Positions 17,724-28,007 are shown, numbered from the stretch's first letter. The stretch: DNA of 64,000 bases from Acidobacteriota bacterium (GCA_021787565.1 JAJYLT010000007.1:19227-83226); one strand, 5' to 3'. Program-made: numbers and translations. Notes: generated from the letters alone by a model not told the origin.

Positions 17724-19055
17724 TTACGAATCCCTAAGGACGGGGAAGGTGGCGCCGCCTTCGGGAAAGACGGCCACCTCGGCGTTCCTCCGCAGCCGCC
17801 GTGCAGCCAGGGCGATGACCTCCTGCGGCTCTGCCGTGTGCCGGAAAAAACCGAGGCGGCGGACCGATTGGGCGTCCAGCGTGGGAACGTAGAGGAACAG
17901 GTCGTGCTGGCGCATGAGCTGCATCGTGTAGTAGGCGAGGAACTTCTCCTCCACGCTCAGGCCCGGGCGGACCCTCTCCAGCAGACTCATGACGCGCGAG
18001 GGGCCTAGAAGGCGCAGGAGCCGCCGCACGAGCCAGAGGGGCTTCGCGTTCTCGGGGACCTTCACGTCGTCGATGCCGCGCTCTGCGCGGAGAAAGCCCA
18101 TGACGACGCCGTGGGGCTTGAGGGCGGGGAGGGCGTTGCCGACGCACTTCATGCTCTGCTTGAAGTTGATGTCCATGGGATGGGAGGCGGTGATGACGCC
18201 GTCCACGCGGTGCCCCATCAGACGGCCCGAGAGGCCGCGGTTGAAGGCCGCGGCGGCGCGGTGACAGGCCACCGGGTCTCCAGCGAAGGCCGCAAGGATG
18301 GCCCCGGCGTGATCGAGCACCACGTTGAGGCAGAAGATGGGGACGCCGACCATGGCGCCCACCTCCTCCAGATCCTCCCGGAAGGAATTGGCCCCGGGGT
18401 CCATCCCCACGCGGTTGAAGAGGTAGGGCGGCTCCGCGATGATGCCGTGGTGGGCGGCGATGGTCTCGGCGTGGGCCACGCCGGGAAGGATGTTCTTGAG
18501 GCCGCCGCCGAAGCCCGCCCAGAGATGGGGCTCGACCATGCCCACGAGCACCACGAGGCCGGCGTCTTCGATGTGCCGGTTCAGCCAGACGGGCGTCCCG
18601 CGGCGCGTCTCGCCGAAATAGCGATTGGCCTCCTTCCGGAAGGCGTCGTGGTTCTCCCAGGCAACGCGGGCGAGGTTCGCGGCGCCGACCTTCGCCTCCA
18701 TTTCCTGCTGGGCCATGGGCGTGTGGATGCCTAGGGCGGGGATGAGAAGGACGTCGCGCGCGGGTTTTCCCGCCCCATCGAGTTCATCGAGGAGGAGGTC
18801 CAGGAAGCGGCGGGCCGGCGTGGGGCGGGTGTTGTCGTCCACGATGAGGAGGACCTTGCCGCGTCGGGGGCGGATCTCCGCCAGGCGGGGGCTTCCGATG
18901 GGCCGCCGAAGGGCGACCATCACGCGTTGCCTCTCGTCCGGGGCTTCCCCTTCCGGGGGGCCCGGCGAGGGAGCCGGTGCAGGAAAGCTCAGCCTCCAGG
19001 AGTCCGGCACCTGAAGCGCCAGGCTCGAATCCCCCCACGGCAGACGAATCTCCAC
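17724..19055 (-). CDS. LarA-family nickel-pincer racemase/epimerase
   Basis: VDDNTRPTP, ALGIHTPM, NHD, GETRRGTPVWLN, EPHLWAGFGGGLKNILPG. Confidence 0.85.
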   Translation of the reverse strand: MEIRLPWGDSSLALQVPDSWRLSFPAPAPSPGPPEGEAPDERQRVMVALRRPIGSPRLAEIRPRRGKVLLIVDDNTRPTPARRFLDLLLDELDGAGKPARDVLLIPALGIHTPMAQQEMEAKVGAANLARVAWENHDAFRKEANRYFGETRRGTPVWLNRHIEDAGLVVLVGMVEPHLWAGFGGGLKNILPGVAHAETIAAHHGIIAEPPYLFNRVGMDPGANSFREDLEEVGAMVGVPIFCLNVVLDHAGAILAAFAGDPVACHRAAAAFNRGLSGRLMGHRVDGVITASHPMDINFKQSMKCVGNALPALKPHGVVMGFLRAERGIDDVKVPENAKPLWLVRRLLRLLGPSRVMSLLERVRPGLSVEEKFLAYYTMQLMRQHDLFLYVPTLDAQSVRRLGFFRHTAEPQEVIALAARRLRRNAEVAVFPEGGATFPVLRDS

Positions 19056-19246
19056 GGCCTTCTCCTCGCCTCTTGCGGGACCGCGTGCGCACCTTCCTTA
19101 GTATAATGAACGTCGGTCCACGCTGGAAACCCGTCTGCAGGCTGGTGGGCGGCGTGAACAATGGCCCGAACTACGCGCTGCTGGGACGCCGGATCACCCT
19201 CGGCGCGTCCAAGCTTCCCTCCGAAAAGTCGTAGGCGCGGCCGTGC

Positions 19247-19444
19247 CTAGTGTTGTGTCCCCGTCCTGTGTTTACAAAGGCCTTTTCCCGGGACACAACA
19301 CTTCCCAAGGGGCTCCGCCCCTAGGGCGCCCGCCTGCGGCGGGCTGTTACCCCGAAAGAGCGGGGAGGCTTCCTCCCCGCACCCCTCCGTGTGCTGTCTG
19401 TCACCTGCTTCCATTGTGAATCTATCACTGAGACAGCACACTAG
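19247..19444. mobile_element. CTAG-bounded double-hairpin MITE-like element
   Basis: CTAG at both ends; inverted repeats 19249-19261/19290-19302 and 19389-19399/19431-19441; the last 88 bp recur at 25741-25828. Confidence 0.7.
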
Positions 19445-20397
19445 CCGTTGGCCCGCCGGAGGCTGTACCGGCCGGGCGGCGGGTGCAGGGGGGCCAGCAC
19501 GCTCTCGATGCCGCCCTGGGGGTCCGCCAGTGCTTGGCCGCGGGCATCCGTGATCTGGATCCCCCCATTCCGATGGACGACCACCCACCAGCGTGTGTCG
19601 CTGGGGGGAGCGGCCGTCGCCGGGAGGCTCACGACGATGGGGCTCCCGTTGTCCTCCGATTGGAGAGAGCAGAGGACATAGAAGATGCCCTGGGCGGCGT
19701 CCTCCTCCTGCTCCAGTTGGGTGGGATTGTGGGGGGCGGCGGAACCCGTGGGGGCCGATTGGGCCAGGGGACCCTCGGCGGCCGGGGGCGCGCTCCGCCT
19801 GGACTCCCCGGTGGCGGGGAAGGGGCCGCCTGCGAGGGGAACGGGAGCCGCCAGCCCCGGCCCGGGCGGTTCCGCCGGGCGGGCCGGTGGTGCCGCCTCC
19901 CGCGGCCGGCCCTCGTTCATCCCCTGGGCGGAAGGCTGGCCCAAGTCCGCCTTGCCGGCGGCCCGATCCATGGGTGCGGCTGCTTCCCGAGGCGCCTCGG
20001 CCTTGGCTTCGGTCTGGGGCGCGGGACGGGCGACGGGCGGCGCGGGGAGACGTGCCATCTTACGGAAGGGCTGGAGTTCATGGAGAACGGCCCATCCGCC
20101 GAGCGCCGCGAAGAGGACCACCGCCGCGATGGGGCCCGCCCACGCGGCGCGGAACCAGCGGGAGCGTCCCGCCCGCCGCGGCCCGCTCTCCGGCTCGGCC
20201 CGCACGCGGGCCATGATGAGGCCGTGCAGATCGGCGGGAGCCTCCCCGTCGCTCATCGCCCGGAACTCCCCGCGCACCGAGAGGAACTCGTCGAAGGCCC
20301 TCCGGCACGCCTGGCAGGAGGCCAGGTGGGCCCCGGCGTCGCCCGACTGGACGGGGCCGTCCTCATCCATCACCCGAAGGAATTCTTCGCACCTCAT
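19441..20397 (-). CDS. Anti-sigma factor (zf-HC2, TM helix, Pro/Ala-rich periplasmic part)
   Basis: MRCEEF...HLASCQAC (HxxxCxxC); TM segment; translationally coupled to the ECF sigma gene. Confidence 0.8.
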   Translation of the reverse strand: MRCEEFLRVMDEDGPVQSGDAGAHLASCQACRRAFDEFLSVRGEFRAMSDGEAPADLHGLIMARVRAEPESGPRRAGRSRWFRAAWAGPIAAVVLFAALGGWAVLHELQPFRKMARLPAPPVARPAPQTEAKAEAPREAAAPMDRAAGKADLGQPSAQGMNEGRPREAAPPARPAEPPGPGLAAPVPLAGGPFPATGESRRSAPPAAEGPLAQSAPTGSAAPHNPTQLEQEEDAAQGIFYVLCSLQSEDNGSPIVVSLPATAAPPSDTRWWVVVHRNGGIQITDARGQALADPQGGIESVLAPLHPPPGRYSLRRANG

Positions 20398-21011
20398 GGC
20401 CAGACGCCCTCGAGGGCCTCCCTCAGGGCCTGCCGGGCCCTGCAAAGCCTGGACTTCACCGTTCCATGGGCACAGCCGAGAGCCTGCCCCAGTTCCTCGT
20501 ACTCCATGCCCTGGATCTCCCGAAGGATGAGGATCTCGCGGTGCTCGGGCGAGACCTGGCCGAGGGCGCGTTCCAGGGCCTGCCGCAGCTCGCCGCCAAG
20601 GGCCTCGGCCTCTGGGTCCGGACGCCGGTCCGGAGGATCGACCGCGTTCATCTCGCCCTCGTCATCCGCCTTGACCAGGGCCATCTCCCTTCGCCGCATC
20701 CTCTCCCGCCCGCTGACGATCCTGCTTCGACAAAGGTTGAGAAGGATTCCCACGGCCCAGGTCCGGAAGGCCGCATCGCCCCGAAAATCCTTCAGTGATC
20801 GAAAGATTCGGAGAAAGGTCTCCTGCACCGCCTCCATGGCGTCTTCCCGCCTCCCCAGCATGCGCAGGGCGATCTGGTAAAGCTGGCGCTCGTGGCGCAG
20901 CACCAGCGCTTCGAAGGCGGACTCGTCCCCCTCGCGAAATCGGAGCACATCTCGCCCGTCAGCATCGCGCACCGTCACGGGCATGGATTGAGCGCGCTCG
21001 GTCCTGTCCAT
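20394..21011 (-). CDS. ECF sigma-70 factor
   Basis: GDESAFEALV, DAMEAVQETFLR, FRGDAAFRTW, GMEYEEL..GTVKSRLCRAR; exact start uncertain. Confidence 0.92.
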   Translation of the reverse strand: MDRTERAQSMPVTVRDADGRDVLRFREGDESAFEALVLRHERQLYQIALRMLGRREDAMEAVQETFLRIFRSLKDFRGDAAFRTWAVGILLNLCRSRIVSGRERMRRREMALVKADDEGEMNAVDPPDRRPDPEAEALGGELRQALERALGQVSPEHREILILREIQGMEYEELGQALGCAHGTVKSRLCRARQALREALEGVWP

Positions 21012-21100
21012 GGGCCCAAGATATACCGCTTCGGGCACCATCTCAACGCCCTCCGCCCCATGAGACCCTGGAGGGGCGAAAAGGTTCCGGGAGAGTGGGA

Positions 21101-22474
21101 TCAGCAGCCCGCTTCCTGGGTGGCGCGCTTGCAGCCCGCGGGGTAGGCGCCGGTGAAGCAGGCGTAGCAGAAGTGGCTGGCATTCCGCACGCACGAGCGG
21201 AGGCCCTCCAGGCTCAGGTAGCGGAGGGAGTTGGCGCCCAGCTGGTCCGCCACTTCGGGGGCGGCCCGGTGGGCGGCCACCAGGCGCTCCCGGTCCGGGG
21301 TGTCGATCCCGTAGTAGCAGGAGTAGCGGATGGGCGGTGAGCCGATGCGGAGGTGGACCTCCCGCGCGCCGTTCTCACGGAGCATCCGTACGAGCTTGCG
21401 GATGGTGGTGCCCCGCACGATGGAGTCGTCCACGAGGACCACGCTCTTCCCCCGGAAGAAGCCCGGCAGCGGGTTGAACTTCAGGCGCACGGCGTCATCG
21501 CGCATGACCTGGTCCGGGGCGATGAAGGAGCGCCCCACGTAATGGTTCCGGACAAGTCCGAAGACGAGCGGAATCCCCCTGGCATTCGCGTAGGAGAGGC
21601 CGATGTAGTTGGCCGAGTCGGGGATCGGCACCACCGCGTCTGCCGCCACGTCGTCTCCGTCCGCCAAGGCCTCGCCGATGCGACGGCGGACATCGAACAC
21701 GGACTCTCCGAAGACTTGGCTGTCGGGCCTGGCGAAGTAAATGTGCTCGAAGATGCAGTGGTGACGGGCGCCGCCTTCGACGCCGCGGAGACGACTCAGA
21801 CCGTCGGGTCCCCAGCGGAGGATGCCGCCCGGCTCAACGGTCCCCGTGAACCGAGCGCGAATAATGTCCAGGGCCACCGACTCGCTGGCCACCACCACCC
21901 CGCCCTCCTTCTCGCCGGTGCACATGGGGCGAAATCCGTGCGGATCGCGGAAGGCGTAGAGTTCGGTGGGGGTGAGCAACACCGTGGAGTAGGCCCCCGA
22001 TCCGCGCTCCATCCACCGGCGGATGGCCGCCTCCAGGCCCAACCCGTCGTCGAAGGCCCACACCCCGATGGTCTTGGCGATCACCTCGGCGTCGTTGGTG
22101 CCCTCCAGAACGTAGCCGCGGGCCTCGATTTCGCGCCCCAGCTCGGGGAGGTTGGTGATGTCGCCGTTGCTGGCGAGAGCGAAAAGCGGCCGGCCCTCCT
22201 TCACGAAGAGGTGGGGCTGCGAGTTCTCGATGCGGGCGGCCCCCTGGGTGGGGTACCGGACGTGGCCCACGGCGGAGCTCCCCTGAAGGGTGTGCAGAAC
22301 TTCGGGTTTCAGCACGTCCCGGACCAGCCCCATGCCCCGAAATCGATGGAGCGTCTCCCCGTCGGAGGTGGCCAGCCCGCACGAATCCTGCCCCCGGTGC
22401 TGCTGGGCGAAGAGGCCCTCGCAGGCTGGAATAGCGGCGTCTTGAAGTCCGTAGAGCCCCATGATCCCGCACAT
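21101..22474 (-). CDS. purF: Amidophosphoribosyltransferase
   Basis: N-terminal MCG, QHRGQ, GHVRY, CIFEHIYFARPDS, VLVDDSIVRGTT, CYYGID, CYAC. Confidence 0.96.
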   Translation of the reverse strand: MCGIMGLYGLQDAAIPACEGLFAQQHRGQDSCGLATSDGETLHRFRGMGLVRDVLKPEVLHTLQGSSAVGHVRYPTQGAARIENSQPHLFVKEGRPLFALASNGDITNLPELGREIEARGYVLEGTNDAEVIAKTIGVWAFDDGLGLEAAIRRWMERGSGAYSTVLLTPTELYAFRDPHGFRPMCTGEKEGGVVVASESVALDIIRARFTGTVEPGGILRWGPDGLSRLRGVEGGARHHCIFEHIYFARPDSQVFGESVFDVRRRIGEALADGDDVAADAVVPIPDSANYIGLSYANARGIPLVFGLVRNHYVGRSFIAPDQVMRDDAVRLKFNPLPGFFRGKSVVLVDDSIVRGTTIRKLVRMLRENGAREVHLRIGSPPIRYSCYYGIDTPDRERLVAAHRAAPEVADQLGANSLRYLSLEGLRSCVRNASHFCYACFTGAYPAGCKRATQEAGC

Positions 22475-22497
22475 GAGCGATGGAGTATAGCACGCGA

Positions 22498-22830
22498 GAT
22501 TCGGATTTCGGAATTCGGAGAGCGGACAATTCGGAGAGCGGAAAATGATTCACCACCAAGACGCCAAGGCACAAAGAACTGGGGTTTTGGGATGGCGAAT
22601 GGCGAATTGAAAAAAGCGAGCCACAGGAACACCGAGGCAGGCAGAAACCTGGAACCAGAGCCGGGGCTTCGGCTCTTCTTGTGGGAGGCGCCTCCCGGCG
22701 GCGACCGGTCGCGATAAGGCAATCGCTCCCAGAACCTCGCGCCGTGCGTCGTGGGAGCCGTCGCCCGACGGCGACGCTCCCTCATCTATCATCTATCATC
22801 TATCATCCCTCTATCATCTATCATCCCTCC
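22498..22830. repeat. Composite repeat intergenic region: degenerate heptamers, GTGG-type REPs and (TCATCTA)n
   Basis: ATTCGGA-like units 22499-22542; CACCAAGACGCCAAG ~22555; GTGGGAG-hairpin-GA at 22681 and 22751; TCATCTA units 22782-22827. Confidence 0.75.
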
Positions 22831-22849
22831 GGCGCCTAGCCAGCGTCCC

Positions 22850-24268
22850 TCACCGGTTCAGCACGTGGATGGCCTCGCCGAGGGCGGCTTCCACCGATTC
22901 CAGGAGCCCCTCGCTCATGGTGGGGTGGGGATGGATGGTCTGGCTCAGGTCGTCCAGGAAGGCCCCCATTTCGATGGCCAGGGCCGCCTCGCCGATCATC
23001 TCGCTGGCGTCCGCTCCCACGATGTGCACGCCCAGGATCCGCTTGGTCTCCGCGTCCGCCACGGTCTTCACGAAGCCCTCCGTGGCGTTGAGGGTCATGG
23101 CGCGGCCCGAGGCGTGGAAGGGGAAGGTGCCCGTGACGACCTTGTAGCCCTGGGCCTTGGCCTCCATCTCGGAGAGGCCGGCCCAGGCGATTTCGGGGTC
23201 GGTGTAGATGACCGCGGGGATCACCACGTTGTCGAAGGCGGAGGCCTCGCCGGCGATCACCTCGGCGGCCACCTTGGCCTCCCGGTAGGCCTTGTGGGCC
23301 AGCAGCGGCCCGCCCACCACGTCGCCGATGGCGTAGATGCCGGGCACGTTGGTCTCCATGCGATGATTGACCCGGATGAAGCCCTTGGGCTCCTGCTGAA
23401 CACCGGCCTCCTTGAGCCCGAGCCCCTCCACGTTGGGAACCCGGCCCACCGAGACGAGGATCTTGTCCGCCTCCAGCAGGGTCTCGTTGTCGTCGCGGCC
23501 CTGGATGCGCACCTTGTTGGGGCGTCCCTTCTTGTAGCCCATCGCGCGCTGGCCAAGGTAGAGCTCGATGCCCAGGTTCTTGAGCCTTCTCGTGATGACT
23601 TCGCGCAGCTCGGGATCGTGCTGGGTGAGGAGCTCGGGGAAGAACTCCACGATGGCCACCTCCGAGCCCAGCCGCCGGTAGACCGACCCGAGCTCGAGGC
23701 CGATGTAGCCACCGCCGATCACCACGAGCCTCTTCGGCACTTCCCTGAGGGTGAGTGCCTCCTTGGAGCCGATCACCCTCTCCCCGTCCACGGGGAAGCC
23801 GGGGAGCGGAAAGGGGATGGAGCCCGTGGCGATGACCGCCTGCTCGAACTCCACGAGCTGGGGTCCCGATTCGGTAGCCACCTCCAGCTTGCGGTCGCTG
23901 AGGAAGCGGGCGCGCCCCTGCAGGATGTCGGCGCCGTTCTTGGTGGAGAGGAACCGGACCCCGTCGGTGAGCTTCTTGACGATCTGGTCCTTCCAGTCCA
24001 CGAGCTTGCCGAGGTCCACGCCCACGACGTTGACCGTCACGCCCATCCTGGAGGCGAACTGGGTCTGCTCCACGAAATCCGCGGCGTGGATCATGGCCTT
24101 GCTGGGGATGCACCCCTCGTTGAGGCAGATGCCGCCCAGGCTCTTCTCGGCCTCGATGAGGAGGACGTCCTTCTTGAGCTGGGCGAGGCGGATGGCGGCC
24201 AGATAGCCGCCCGGTCCGGAGCCGATGACGGCCACTTGGCAGCCCTTGCTAAAGGATCCCACGACCAT
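22850..24268 (-). CDS. lpdA: Dihydrolipoamide dehydrogenase (E3)
   Basis: IGSGPGGY, LGGICLNEGCIPSKA, GGGYIGLE, YAIGD, HPHPTMSE. Confidence 0.96.
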   Translation of the reverse strand: MVVGSFSKGCQVAVIGSGPGGYLAAIRLAQLKKDVLLIEAEKSLGGICLNEGCIPSKAMIHAADFVEQTQFASRMGVTVNVVGVDLGKLVDWKDQIVKKLTDGVRFLSTKNGADILQGRARFLSDRKLEVATESGPQLVEFEQAVIATGSIPFPLPGFPVDGERVIGSKEALTLREVPKRLVVIGGGYIGLELGSVYRRLGSEVAIVEFFPELLTQHDPELREVITRRLKNLGIELYLGQRAMGYKKGRPNKVRIQGRDDNETLLEADKILVSVGRVPNVEGLGLKEAGVQQEPKGFIRVNHRMETNVPGIYAIGDVVGGPLLAHKAYREAKVAAEVIAGEASAFDNVVIPAVIYTDPEIAWAGLSEMEAKAQGYKVVTGTFPFHASGRAMTLNATEGFVKTVADAETKRILGVHIVGADASEMIGEAALAIEMGAFLDDLSQTIHPHPTMSEGLLESVEAALGEAIHVLNR

Positions 24269-24394
24269 GACTTTCTCCTCTGAAAAGATGCTTCGGCGAG
24301 GCCCGCCGGGAGATCATCGGACCCAGGAGGGGCCATCCCGGAGGGATCCCGCGTTTCCCCCGTGGTCCATGTCACCCGATCTGGTTCGGTCGCC

Positions 24395-25660
24395 TCACAG
24401 ACTGACCATGAGGAGCCCCGGGTTCTCGAGCAGGCGCACCAGGTCGGTGGCCGCCCTCGCCCCCTCGGCCCCGTCGATGATGCGGTGGTCGAAGCTGATG
24501 GCGATGTTCATGAGCTTGCGCGGTACGACCGCGCCGCCCACCACGGCCGGCCTCTCCTTGATGGCGAAGAAGGCCGCGATGGCCAGCTCGGGCTGGTGAA
24601 TGATGGGCGTGGCGATGAGGCCCCCGATGGGCCCAATGTTGGTGATGGTGAAGGAGCCGCCCTTGAGCTCGTCGAGGGAGAGGCGGCGCTCCCGCGCCCG
24701 CTGGGCCACGTCGGCGATCTCGCGGGCCAGCTCGAGCATGTCCTTCCGATCGGCGTTCTTGAGCACCGGGACGATGAGGCCGTCGGGCGTATCCACCGCC
24801 ATGCCGATGTGGTAGTAGCGCTTGAGGACGATCTCCCCCCTGGCCTCGTCGTAGCTGGCGTTGAGCAGCGGGTGTCTCTCGAGCATGGCCACCACCGCCT
24901 TGACGAAGATGGGCATGAGGGAGAACTTGGTCCCGCCGTTCGCCTCCACGGCGCCCTTCACCTTGCGGTAGAGCTCCACCAGGTCGGTGACGTCGGCCTC
25001 GTCCACGTGGGTCACGTGGGCGGAGGTGCGCTTGCTCGCCGCCATGGCCTCCGCGATCACCTTGCGCAGGTGGGAGATGGGTTCTCGGGTCACGGGGCCC
25101 ACCTCGGTGATCTCGACCGGCGCCGAGGGGGCCGCGGGAGCGGAGCTCGGCGGGGCCGGCGCGGCTTGGAAGCCGGCGGTCGTGGAGCCCTTCAGGGCGC
25201 GGTCCACGTCCTCGTCGGTGATGCGGCCGCCCTTGCCGGTGGGAGCGGCCGAGGCGAGGTCCACGCCCAGCTTGCGCGCGTAGGCCCGCGTGTGGGGAGT
25301 GGCGAGGATTTTCCCCGAGTGCGATGGGGGAAGAGCGGCGGACCGAGGCACGACCGCGGGCGCGGCTGGAAGGGCGGGAGCCGCCGGAGCCGCGGCGGCG
25401 GATGCCCTGGCGCCGTTCTCGCCCGGGGCACCGAACACGGCGATCACGTCTCCCACGTGGATCGTCTCCCCGGCGGCGAACCGCAGGGCCAGAACGCCGC
25501 CGGCCTTGGGAGCGGGCAGGTCCACCACGGCCTTGTCGGTCTCCACCTTGACGAAGGGCTGGTCCACGGCTACCGCGTCGCCCTCCTTGACCAGCCACTG
25601 CACGATCTTGCCTTCGTGGATCCCCTCCCCGACGTCGGGGAATCTGAATTCAAGCGACAT
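24395..25660 (-). CDS. Dihydrolipoamide acyltransferase (E2), single lipoyl domain
   Basis: PDVGEGIHEG, VETDKA (lipoyl Lys), ATPHTR E3-binding domain, FDHRIIDG. Confidence 0.95.
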   Translation of the reverse strand: MSLEFRFPDVGEGIHEGKIVQWLVKEGDAVAVDQPFVKVETDKAVVDLPAPKAGGVLALRFAAGETIHVGDVIAVFGAPGENGARASAAAAPAAPALPAAPAVVPRSAALPPSHSGKILATPHTRAYARKLGVDLASAAPTGKGGRITDEDVDRALKGSTTAGFQAAPAPPSSAPAAPSAPVEITEVGPVTREPISHLRKVIAEAMAASKRTSAHVTHVDEADVTDLVELYRKVKGAVEANGGTKFSLMPIFVKAVVAMLERHPLLNASYDEARGEIVLKRYYHIGMAVDTPDGLIVPVLKNADRKDMLELAREIADVAQRARERRLSLDELKGGSFTITNIGPIGGLIATPIIHQPELAIAAFFAIKERPAVVGGAVVPRKLMNIAISFDHRIIDGAEGARAATDLVRLLENPGLLMVSL

Positions 25661-25740
25661 CCTCGGCCTCTCCTCATGGATTGCTCGGTACCTACCTTAG
25701 CACGCTCGGCGCGCAGCGGTGTTCGCGGGGCATCGGGCCG

Positions 25741-25828
25741 AGAGCGGGGAGGCTTCCTCCCCGCACCCCTCCGTGTGCTGTCCGTCGCCTGCTTCCATGG
25801 TGAACCTATCACTGGGACAGCGCACTAG
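25741..25828. repeat. Second copy of the 88 bp CTAG-ended hairpin repeat
   Basis: 82/88 identical to 19357-19444 by manual comparison; ends on the pdhB stop codon. Confidence 0.9.
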
Positions 25829-26865
25829 AATTCGAGCGCGCGCTTGGCGGCGGCCACGACCCGCTCGCGGTTGGGGAGGTAGTGGTTCTCCAGCAGGGCG
25901 TGGGGGAAGACGACGTCGTACCCGGCGACCCGCTCCACGGGGGCCTTCAGGTGAACCAACGCGCGTTCGTTGATGAGGGCCACGATCTCCGCCCCGAAGC
26001 CGCCCGTCCGCGGCGCCTCGTGGACGACCACGGCCCGGCCCGTCTTGGTCACCGATTCGATGATGGTCCCCGCGTCCACGGGGCTGAGGGTCCGAAGGTC
26101 CACCACCTCGGCCGAGATCCCGTCGCGGGCCAAGGCGTCGTGGGCCTCCAGGGCCTGCCGCACCATGGAGCCGTAGGCGATGATCGTTAGATCCGTGCCC
26201 GTTTTGACGACCTTGGCCTTGCCGATGGGGACGGTGTACGGCTCGGAGGGGACCTCCTCCCGGAAGGCGCGGTAGATGCGCTTGGGTTCCAGGAAGACGA
26301 CGGGGTCCTCGTCTCGGATGGCCGAGGCCAGGAGCCCCTTGGCGTCGTACGGAGTGGAGGGGACCACCACCTTGAGGCCGGGGGTGTTCACTAGGAGCGC
26401 CTCATAGGACTCGGAGTGGTGCTCCGGCGGGTGGATGCCCCCGCCGTAGGGCATGCGCACCACCATGGGCAGGTGGGTGCGGCCCCTGGAGCGGTTCCGC
26501 ATCCGGGCCGCGTGGGCGAAGAGCTGGTTCAGGGCGGGGTAGAGGAAGCCCATGAACTGGATCTCCGCCACCGGGCGGAAGCCCGCCGCGGCCAGGCCGA
26601 TGGAGAAGCCCACGATGCCGCTCTCGGCCAGCGGCGTGTCCATCACCCGCTCGCTACCGAAGGCATCGAGCAGCCCCTCGGTGACCCGGAACACGCCCCC
26701 GTCCCTGCCCACGTCCTCGCCCAGGACCAGGACCGTCTCGTCCCGTTCCATCTCCGCCTTGAGGGCCTGGTTGATCGCCTGCACCATGGTCAGGCGCTCG
26801 GCTGGGCTCTCCACGGCCCTGAGGCTCCGTTCCTGCTGGCTCGCCGCCGCCTGTTGCCGGGTCAT
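25825..26865 (-). CDS. pdhB: 2-oxoacid dehydrogenase E1 beta subunit
   Basis: GEDVGRDGGVFR, DTPLAESGI, AEIQF, EHHSES, VDLRTL, VVHEA. Confidence 0.92.
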   Translation of the reverse strand: MTRQQAAASQQERSLRAVESPAERLTMVQAINQALKAEMERDETVLVLGEDVGRDGGVFRVTEGLLDAFGSERVMDTPLAESGIVGFSIGLAAAGFRPVAEIQFMGFLYPALNQLFAHAARMRNRSRGRTHLPMVVRMPYGGGIHPPEHHSESYEALLVNTPGLKVVVPSTPYDAKGLLASAIRDEDPVVFLEPKRIYRAFREEVPSEPYTVPIGKAKVVKTGTDLTIIAYGSMVRQALEAHDALARDGISAEVVDLRTLSPVDAGTIIESVTKTGRAVVVHEAPRTGGFGAEIVALINERALVHLKAPVERVAGYDVVFPHALLENHYLPNRERVVAAAKRALEF

Positions 26866-27935
26866 CGTCCCACCTCCCTCGCCATCTCGTCACGCTGTTC
26901 CTGAAGGTTCCAGGGCATCTGCGCGTACATGGTCTCGAACATCTCTACCGGAGAGGGTGCGGGCATGGCCTCCAGCCGTTCGACCTCGGCCTCGATGGCC
27001 GCCGCGGCCTCCTCGGCGAGGGCGACCTCCTTCTTGTCGTTCCAGAGTTTTCGGCTCACGAGGAACTTCCGCATTCGGTCGATGGGGTCGCGCTCTCTCC
27101 AGTAGAGGAGCTCCTCTGCGGGGCGGTACCGAATGGCGTCGTCCGCCGTAGTGTGGTTCTCCATGCGGTAAGTGAGCGCCTCGACGAGCGTGGGCCCCCC
27201 GCCGGAGCGGGCCCGATCCACCGCCTCCTTCGCCGCGGCGTAGACCGCCAGCACGTCGTTCCCGTCCACCTGGATGCCCTGGATGCCATAGGCGTGGGCT
27301 TTCTGGGCGATGGAGTCGGCGGCCGTCTGGCGTTTGAAGGGCACGGAGATGGCCCACTGGTTGTTCTGGATCAGAAACACGGTCTGGGTCTGAAAGATCC
27401 CCGCGAAATTCAGCGCCTCGTGGAAGTCGCCCTCCGAGGAGGCTCCGTCGCCGGCGAAGCCCACCGCCACGGCGGCCGCTTGGCGCAGCTTGAGGGCCAT
27501 TCCCACGCCCGCCGCGTGGAGCAGCTGACTGCCCACGGGTATGGAGGGCGGCAGGCAGTTCACGCCCTCGGGGAACAGGTCTCCGCGCTCGTCGCCCTTC
27601 CAGAAGGCGTAGATGAGGTGCGCGGGGATGCCCCTGAGCGTCATGATGCCGTGCTCTCGAAAGGAGGGGACGAGCCAGTCCTGGGGCTCCATGGCCAGGG
27701 CCATACCCGCCTGGCAGGCCTCCTGTCCGCGCAGGGAGGCATAGGTCCCCGTGCGGCCCTGTCGCTGGAGGTTGAGCGCCTTTTCGTCCAGCTTGCGCAT
27801 CTGGATCATCATGCGGTAGAGCGTCAGCAACTGGTCATCCGAGAGGTCCGGCAGGAGGGTCTTGTCCACCCTGCCGTCCTTGTCCAGTATCTCCAGCCGC
27901 TCGGTCACGGCCTGGTGAATGATCTTCCTCGGCAT
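26862..27935 (-). CDS. pdhA: 2-oxoacid (pyruvate or branched-chain) dehydrogenase E1 alpha subunit
   Basis: LQRQGR, GQEA, GDGASSEGDFHEALN..NNQWAIS (TPP motif), YRMENHTTADD; AGAGGAG RBS favours ATG 27935. Confidence 0.92.
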   Translation of the reverse strand: MPRKIIHQAVTERLEILDKDGRVDKTLLPDLSDDQLLTLYRMMIQMRKLDEKALNLQRQGRTGTYASLRGQEACQAGMALAMEPQDWLVPSFREHGIMTLRGIPAHLIYAFWKGDERGDLFPEGVNCLPPSIPVGSQLLHAAGVGMALKLRQAAAVAVGFAGDGASSEGDFHEALNFAGIFQTQTVFLIQNNQWAISVPFKRQTAADSIAQKAHAYGIQGIQVDGNDVLAVYAAAKEAVDRARSGGGPTLVEALTYRMENHTTADDAIRYRPAEELLYWRERDPIDRMRKFLVSRKLWNDKKEVALAEEAAAAIEAEVERLEAMPAPSPVEMFETMYAQMPWNLQEQRDEMAREVGR

Positions 27936-28007
27936 TCGCGCTCTCCTCTTCGATTCCGGTCCATCCGGGGTGGAGCCCCCCTCGGACGCAACCACCTGCC
28001 CTTTGTA

